The notes beneath the pieces were generated by a model. It was not told where the DNA came from. It saw only the letters and a list, made by a program, of their open reading frames with translations, and made no database searches. This document shows, one piece after another, positions 58,920-64,000 of a DNA stretch of 64,000 bases. Both the position numbers and the translations under genes were made by a program. Position 1 is the first letter of the stretch. Each line of letters begins with the position of its first letter. This DNA comes from an uncultured cyanobacterium (GTDB lineage Bacteria; Cyanobacteriota; Cyanobacteriia; Cyanobacteriales; CAWUOF01): the NCBI GenBank assembly GCA_963744145.1, contig CAVUSO010000001.1:96001-160000 (forward strand). Direction: 5' to 3'.

Positions 58920-59171
58920 ATTTTCAAAACCAGCCGGAAACTACAATTTTATCCCTAAATTTAAGGAAGAAATTTATCTTTTGACCAATGTTGCCTACTT
59001 TTATGGCGACTTAGACAATCACATCGCGTTTATGTTACAAAATTAGTCTATATTAACAATATAGCAGACAATTAGCTAATTAGTCAACCTGATTAATGAA
59101 TTAATTAATCTGCACAGTCCCTAACCAACAGCATCCTGATTCATTCTGATCCCTGAATGGGTTTGATATCC

Positions 59172-60974
59172 TTAAACCATGGTTTTGAGACTTTTGGCAA
59201 CCTCATTTAAACTGTGAGTACCTAGTTTAATCTGAGTGATCCCAGCTACAGTTTCTTTAGCAGAACTATTCAGGTGGTTCATAGTTTCTACTACTTGTTG
59301 AATCGCGATCGCTTGCTGTTGGGCGCTTAAAGATATCTGTTGAGAACTTAATACTACTTGATTGATCGCTTCTGCTACTCCTAAGAAAGCACTTGCTGTT
59401 GCTTGAGCAACTTCACCTCCTTTTACTGCGGTTTCTGTACCTTGATTAGTGACATTGACTGTCAGATCGATCGACTTTTGAATATCCATTACCAAAGCGT
59501 TAATTTTCGCGGCTGATTTTTTACTTTCATCGGCTAATTTCCGAATTTCTGTAGCTACTACTGCAAAACCTTTACCATGTTCTCCAGCTCTTACCGCTTC
59601 TACCGCTGCATTTAAGGCTAACATATTAGTCTGATTCGCTAAATCTTTGACTAATTCCGAAATACTACCAATCAGCTCTGTTTGTTGACTTAAATGGGAA
59701 ATTTGGTCAGCGATCGCTTCAACTTTAGTTTTTAAAATAGCTATTTCCCCTAAAGTTTTTGTGACGGTTTGATTACCCTTTTCTGCCAAATTAAGTGCTG
59801 TTTCTGCCCCAAGTGCGACTGATTCAGCTTGTTGGGCACATTGTTGAGAAGCTGTACTTAATTCTCCCATTGTCGTTGTTGTTTGATTCACCGCAGCTAC
59901 TTGTTGGGTTGCAGCCCGTTCTTGTTCTTCTGTGGTAGTCACTATTTGATTGGAAGAACTGACGATCGCATTCACCGCGTTGAGGATTTTTTGAATTAGT
60001 GGTTCGGTAATAAAAATACTTAAAATGGTCGCGATCGTGCCTACAAATAATATGGTAATAATAGTTCCTGTAATGATACTCAATCGTAACTGTTCTGTAG
60101 TGGCAAAAGCAATTTTTGTATCTGTATCCACTAAAGATATCCAATTTAATGCTAAACCTTCTATATTTTCCGTGGGCGCAGTAGCTACCACAAAAGTCTT
60201 CTGATCAATCTGATTTAATCCTATGCGTATTGATGCTTTTCCTATTGTTTGAATTTCTGAGAAAAAAGCATATTCATCTTGAGCTTTTTTTCCTAAAAAT
60301 TTTGGATCAGGGGCTAGGAATATTTTCCCATAAGCATCAATTAAATGAATATTATCTTCATTATTATTACTACTTCTAATTAGCTCCTGTAAATATTTAA
60401 CTGGCATTTCAGAAATCGCCACCCCAAGGGGTTCACCTGTATCAATATTTTTGAGAGGTGAGGCAGCATAAATAACATAATCATGGGTATATTCCGATAC
60501 CTCTGGATTACTAATCATGGGAAGATCGGTTTGTAAAACTTTTTGAAATAATTCTTTATTGGCATAATTGCTGATATTTCCTTTACTAGATTTAACCATA
60601 ATTTCTCCTTGTAAATTAAAAATTGCAATAGTATCATAGACTCGATATACTGACATAAAATTATCTAGCACCTGGGATTGTTTTTGAGGGGAAATTATTT
60701 TTATAACTTTAGGATCAGTAAAATTTGGAACTTTAGAAATAGTCTGAATATCTCCCAGACGTTCAAACATAAAACGATTAACTTTATCTGCTAGCTCTTG
60801 TGCTTTCGATTGCTTTAATGCAAATATTTGTTCTGTCAATGATTGAGTAGTGGAATTGTAAGAAATGGCACCAGTAACTAAAACTGGTATAGTACCAAGA
60901 ACGATCGCGATCCCAATTGCTTTCGTTCTCATACTTCGATTTGATGATGTAGTTTTCGCAAAAACACTCAACAT
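59172..60974 (-). CDS. Methyl-accepting chemotaxis protein (Cache sensor)
   Basis: FMFERLGDI, two TMs, [30 protein letters not shown]. Confidence 0.92.
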   Translation of the reverse strand: MLSVFAKTTSSNRSMRTKAIGIAIVLGTIPVLVTGAISYNSTTQSLTEQIFALKQSKAQELADKVNRFMFERLGDIQTISKVPNFTDPKVIKIISPQKQSQVLDNFMSVYRVYDTIAIFNLQGEIMVKSSKGNISNYANKELFQKVLQTDLPMISNPEVSEYTHDYVIYAASPLKNIDTGEPLGVAISEMPVKYLQELIRSSNNNEDNIHLIDAYGKIFLAPDPKFLGKKAQDEYAFFSEIQTIGKASIRIGLNQIDQKTFVVATAPTENIEGLALNWISLVDTDTKIAFATTEQLRLSIITGTIITILFVGTIATILSIFITEPLIQKILNAVNAIVSSSNQIVTTTEEQERAATQQVAAVNQTTTTMGELSTASQQCAQQAESVALGAETALNLAEKGNQTVTKTLGEIAILKTKVEAIADQISHLSQQTELIGSISELVKDLANQTNMLALNAAVEAVRAGEHGKGFAVVATEIRKLADESKKSAAKINALVMDIQKSIDLTVNVTNQGTETAVKGGEVAQATASAFLGVAEAINQVVLSSQQISLSAQQQAIAIQQVVETMNHLNSSAKETVAGITQIKLGTHSLNEVAKSLKTMV

Positions 60975-61073
60975 AATTTTCTTAGTGTAGATATATTTTT
61001 AGTATAAATGATTACAGAGATTGGGATCTTAATTATTCACAAGACGTACCAAATCTTAATAATATTAAAAGAT

Positions 61074-63239
61074 TTATAATTCAGGATTTTTGATCCGCCA
61101 AACTTTAATAGTATCATCACCACCAGCACTTACTAAAATTTGTCCATCCGAACTAAAAGCTAAGGAATTAGCAGATTGAATTTCACCAGTAAAATTATTT
61201 TTTAGCTCTCCTGTTTGTAAATTCCAAAGCTTAATTGTATTATCCCCACCACTACTGATCAAACTTTTACCATCACGAGTCAGCACCAGATAATTGATAA
61301 AACTTGTATGATTTTTTAGAGTATGCAATAATTTCCTACTTTTTAAATCCCAAACTTTAATCTCACTATCAGCACTACCACTAATCAGCTTTTCTCCATC
61401 TCGACTTACTAAAACTACATTCACCGCACTTGTATGAGCATTAAATGAATCGTCTAATTTACCTGTTTTTAAATCCCAAATATAAATCATATTATCAGCA
61501 CTACCACTAACTAAAATTTGCCCATTTGGGCTAATTGCGAGACAATTGACAAAACTATTATGTCCGGAAAGAGTTCTTTTTAAAGTTCCCATTTTTAAAT
61601 CCCAAACTTTAATTTTAGTATCAGCACTTGCACTTACTAAAGTTTGTCCATCTGGACTAATTACCAGAGCATTAACGGGACTGGAATGTCCAGTGAGAGT
61701 CTTAATTTTTTCTTTCTTTTTAAGATTCCAAAGATTAATAGTATTATCAGCACTTGCACTTGCTAAAGTTTGTCCATCTGGACTAATTACCAGGTAATTG
61801 ATAAAACTCGTATGTCCAGTCAGAGTCTTGATTAATTTTCCAGTTTTTATATTCCAAAGTTTAATAGTATTATCTGCACCACCACTAACTAAAGTTTGTC
61901 CATCTGGACTAATCACTACATAGTTGACAAAGCTAGTATGTCCAGTTAGGATATGAATTAAATCCAGATTTTTGCTGGCAATGATAGCAGGAAGAGTAAC
62001 ATAGTTAAGTTTTACCAACCAACTAATTAATCCACCTAATCCGAGCAGCAGGATTAGCAGAGCTAATAAAATTTTTAACTGTTGGGTTGGTTGAATAAAA
62101 TTTAACAATTGCGATCGCCAAGTAGAGAGATGATTAATTTTACTAATCACCGATGACTGTGGTTGAGTTGATGCGGTTTCCTGAGGTGTAGTTACTGATG
62201 GTAATTTACTCAACTCAGGAGGGACAGTAGGAAGTTGACTCTCAACAGATAATCGCTGAGAATAAAGTGGTGCTGTGGTCAAATCATCAAAGTGTGATAA
62301 TGCTTGATAATTGAGGGAATTCAGCTCAATTTCCGACAAATTTGGGAATGGGGGGATGATAAAATCTGGTAAAATCTCTGCTACAGATTGATAACGCTGG
62401 GATCGATCAATTTTTAGTAACTTATCTAAAATTTTATCTAATTGCTGACTAATTGGTTGTTCTAAATAATTTCGCCATTCTTCCACCCAGCTATAGGCTT
62501 TAATTTTCCAGAGCTCGCGAGGATTCATATTAGTTAAAAGGTGAAAACAAGTAGCACCTAAACTATATAAATCGCTAGCAGGATAAGCTGCACCACTATC
62601 CATTTGCTCGATCGGCACATAGCCATAAGAGCCAATACTTGTCCCCGGTTGAGAAATGGCAGCTGCGGTGAGTTGTTTAGCGATCCCAAAATCAATTAAT
62701 ACACATTTGCCATCACTTTGTCGCCGGATGATATTTTCTGGTTTAATATCACGGTGAATCACATTATGCTCATGCACAAATCTGAGAATATCTAATAAAT
62801 CTTTTAACAATTGCCAAATTTTTGGTTCGCTAAAAGCTTGGAACTGTTTTAATTCTTTAAATAAAGTTTGTCCAGCAATATATTGTTGAATTAAATAGAG
62901 ACAATTATCTTCTTCAAAATAAGCATAAAGAGTCGGAATTTGGGGATGTTGTCCTAATTGTTGCAGTCGCATTGCTTCTTGCTCAAATAGTTGTTTGGCT
63001 TTGAGCAGATTTTTAGTTCCTTTAATTTGAGGTGCAAATTGCTTAATTACACAGATTTCATTCAGCTTGTCTACATCTTCAGCTAGGTAAGTTTTACCAA
63101 ATCCACCACTACTAAGAGGTTCAATCGTCCGATAACGATTTCTGAGCAGTGGTATCAGTTTTGCCCCGCAATGTTGGCAAAAATTCGTGTTTTTCGGATT
63201 TAAGGGTTCCTGACAATCGGGATTAAGACAGCAGAGCAT
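61074..63239 (-). CDS. Ser/Thr protein kinase with WD40 repeats
   Basis: CLNPDC..FCQHCG zinc ribbon, GGFGKTY, HRDIKPEN, DFG, TM helix, seven GH..WD-type repeats. Confidence 0.94.
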   Translation of the reverse strand: MLCCLNPDCQEPLNPKNTNFCQHCGAKLIPLLRNRYRTIEPLSSGGFGKTYLAEDVDKLNEICVIKQFAPQIKGTKNLLKAKQLFEQEAMRLQQLGQHPQIPTLYAYFEEDNCLYLIQQYIAGQTLFKELKQFQAFSEPKIWQLLKDLLDILRFVHEHNVIHRDIKPENIIRRQSDGKCVLIDFGIAKQLTAAAISQPGTSIGSYGYVPIEQMDSGAAYPASDLYSLGATCFHLLTNMNPRELWKIKAYSWVEEWRNYLEQPISQQLDKILDKLLKIDRSQRYQSVAEILPDFIIPPFPNLSEIELNSLNYQALSHFDDLTTAPLYSQRLSVESQLPTVPPELSKLPSVTTPQETASTQPQSSVISKINHLSTWRSQLLNFIQPTQQLKILLALLILLLGLGGLISWLVKLNYVTLPAIIASKNLDLIHILTGHTSFVNYVVISPDGQTLVSGGADNTIKLWNIKTGKLIKTLTGHTSFINYLVISPDGQTLASASADNTINLWNLKKKEKIKTLTGHSSPVNALVISPDGQTLVSASADTKIKVWDLKMGTLKRTLSGHNSFVNCLAISPNGQILVSGSADNMIYIWDLKTGKLDDSFNAHTSAVNVVLVSRDGEKLISGSADSEIKVWDLKSRKLLHTLKNHTSFINYLVLTRDGKSLISSGGDNTIKLWNLQTGELKNNFTGEIQSANSLAFSSDGQILVSAGGDDTIKVWRIKNPEL

Positions 63240-63436
63240 AATTAGCTTCGGAATCGGCTGATGACTTCTATGTTAAGTCTTTGCTACAATTGTCGCTCAA
63301 GAATAAAATTCGGGACCTAGTAATAGTTTGAGAATTCAGGGGATGATGTAGAGTTGACTAATTGCACAAAATATGCAATTGAGAGCTGCGGGCAGACTAG
63401 GAGTGAGCCAAAAGCGGCGGTCGATCAGAAGAAAAG

Positions 63437-63570
63437 GGCTCTCCCGTACTTATGGTGATCAGTAAAAATTATTGAATTTCCAAATGCTTACTACATCAGC
63501 TTTCCCCCTGCTCCCTCTCCCCCTCCCCCTACCGAAAAACAGGATTTTCCACCACAAGTATGGGAGAGCC
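63437..63570. mobile_element. MITE-like element (134 bp)
   Basis: TIR GGCTCTCCCGTACTTATGGTG / CACCACAAGTATGGGAGAGCC (19/21); no clean TSD. Confidence 0.6.
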
Positions 63571-63629
63571 AGAAAGATGTGACTAATGGATAGCCTATCA
63601 GGGATAGGGAGTAATTCTGGAATTGGGAT

Positions 63630-64000
63630 TTATCCTAATAATAATGCGATCGCTAATCTTACTGCTTCTCCGACCATAGAAAACCGAGCTGCTTTGGAAG
63701 CGGTTTTTTCCCAACGCAAGAGATGATCGCGGAAAGTTTCATTTTGTTTAGCTCGCTGCAAAATTACTTGAATAATAACCTTTTTTTGAATTTCTTCAGC
63801 AGCAACTCCCGAATTTTCGAGATAATCTAGTAAACGTTGTACACTTTCGACAAATTGCTCCGGTTCTTGATCAAGTAAAATATTCTTAATTTGCTTAGAC
63901 ACCTCTTGATAAAGCTGCTGACGTTTATCATTTACTAAGGATGGCGATCGAGGTGGTGGTGGTGGTGGTGGTGGTGAAGTTCTTTTTTCCTGATTTCGAG
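63630..64000 (-). CDS. 3' end of hypothetical protein with poly-Pro linker; starts beyond window
   Basis: Frame stays open from 63998: RNQEKRTSPPPPPPPPRSPSLVNDKRQQLYQEVSKQ... Confidence 0.7.
   Translation of the reverse strand, partial: RNQEKRTSPPPPPPPPRSPSLVNDKRQQLYQEVSKQIKNILLDQEPEQFVESVQRLLDYLENSGVAAEEIQKKVIIQVILQRAKQNETFRDHLLRWEKTASKAARFSMVGEAVRLAIALLLG

Noticed and set aside
61560-61950. 126-bp DNA repeats as a separate element or DGR template
   Set aside because: They are the WD40 coding repeats of the kinase; no reverse transcriptase is present.

Overview
Cyanobacterial chromosome segment: AT-rich, with abundant HIP1 octamers (GCGATCGC), heptamer STRR repeats and GTAG-type REP hairpins. 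1-39.8 kb is mostly core and signalling genes: a filamentous haemagglutinin N-terminus, an IscB/omegaRNA element, a hybrid kinase plus REC-cyclase, two DUF928 genes, hisA, tspO, a tandemly duplicated GH19 lysin, plsX-fabH-fabD-plsC, dacB, lptC, metG, tRNA-Lys, pstS, an MCP, nfuA, GH57 and a frameshifted PAS kinase. From tRNA-Phe (39804) to about 56.6 kb is a defence/accessory island. It holds an apparently intact type I R-M system (hsdM, hsdS, hsdR) interleaved with cargo genes, a decayed second type I R-M whose hsdM 3' end recurs around toxin-antitoxin cassettes, many antitoxins whose toxins are only stubs, and an IS4 element with a 9-bp TSD. The most striking signal is a small GIY-YIG nuclease gene embedded in an array of ~24-nt hairpin repeats with a near-invariant 12-nt core (GAGCG[G/T/A]AGTCGA) and co-varying stems. 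The same repeat occurs self-nested at 23.8 kb and 44.2 kb and in-frame inside hsdM, suggesting a REP/RAYT-like nuclease-plus-mini-repeat mobile system. All calls come from manual motif reading; no database searches were run.
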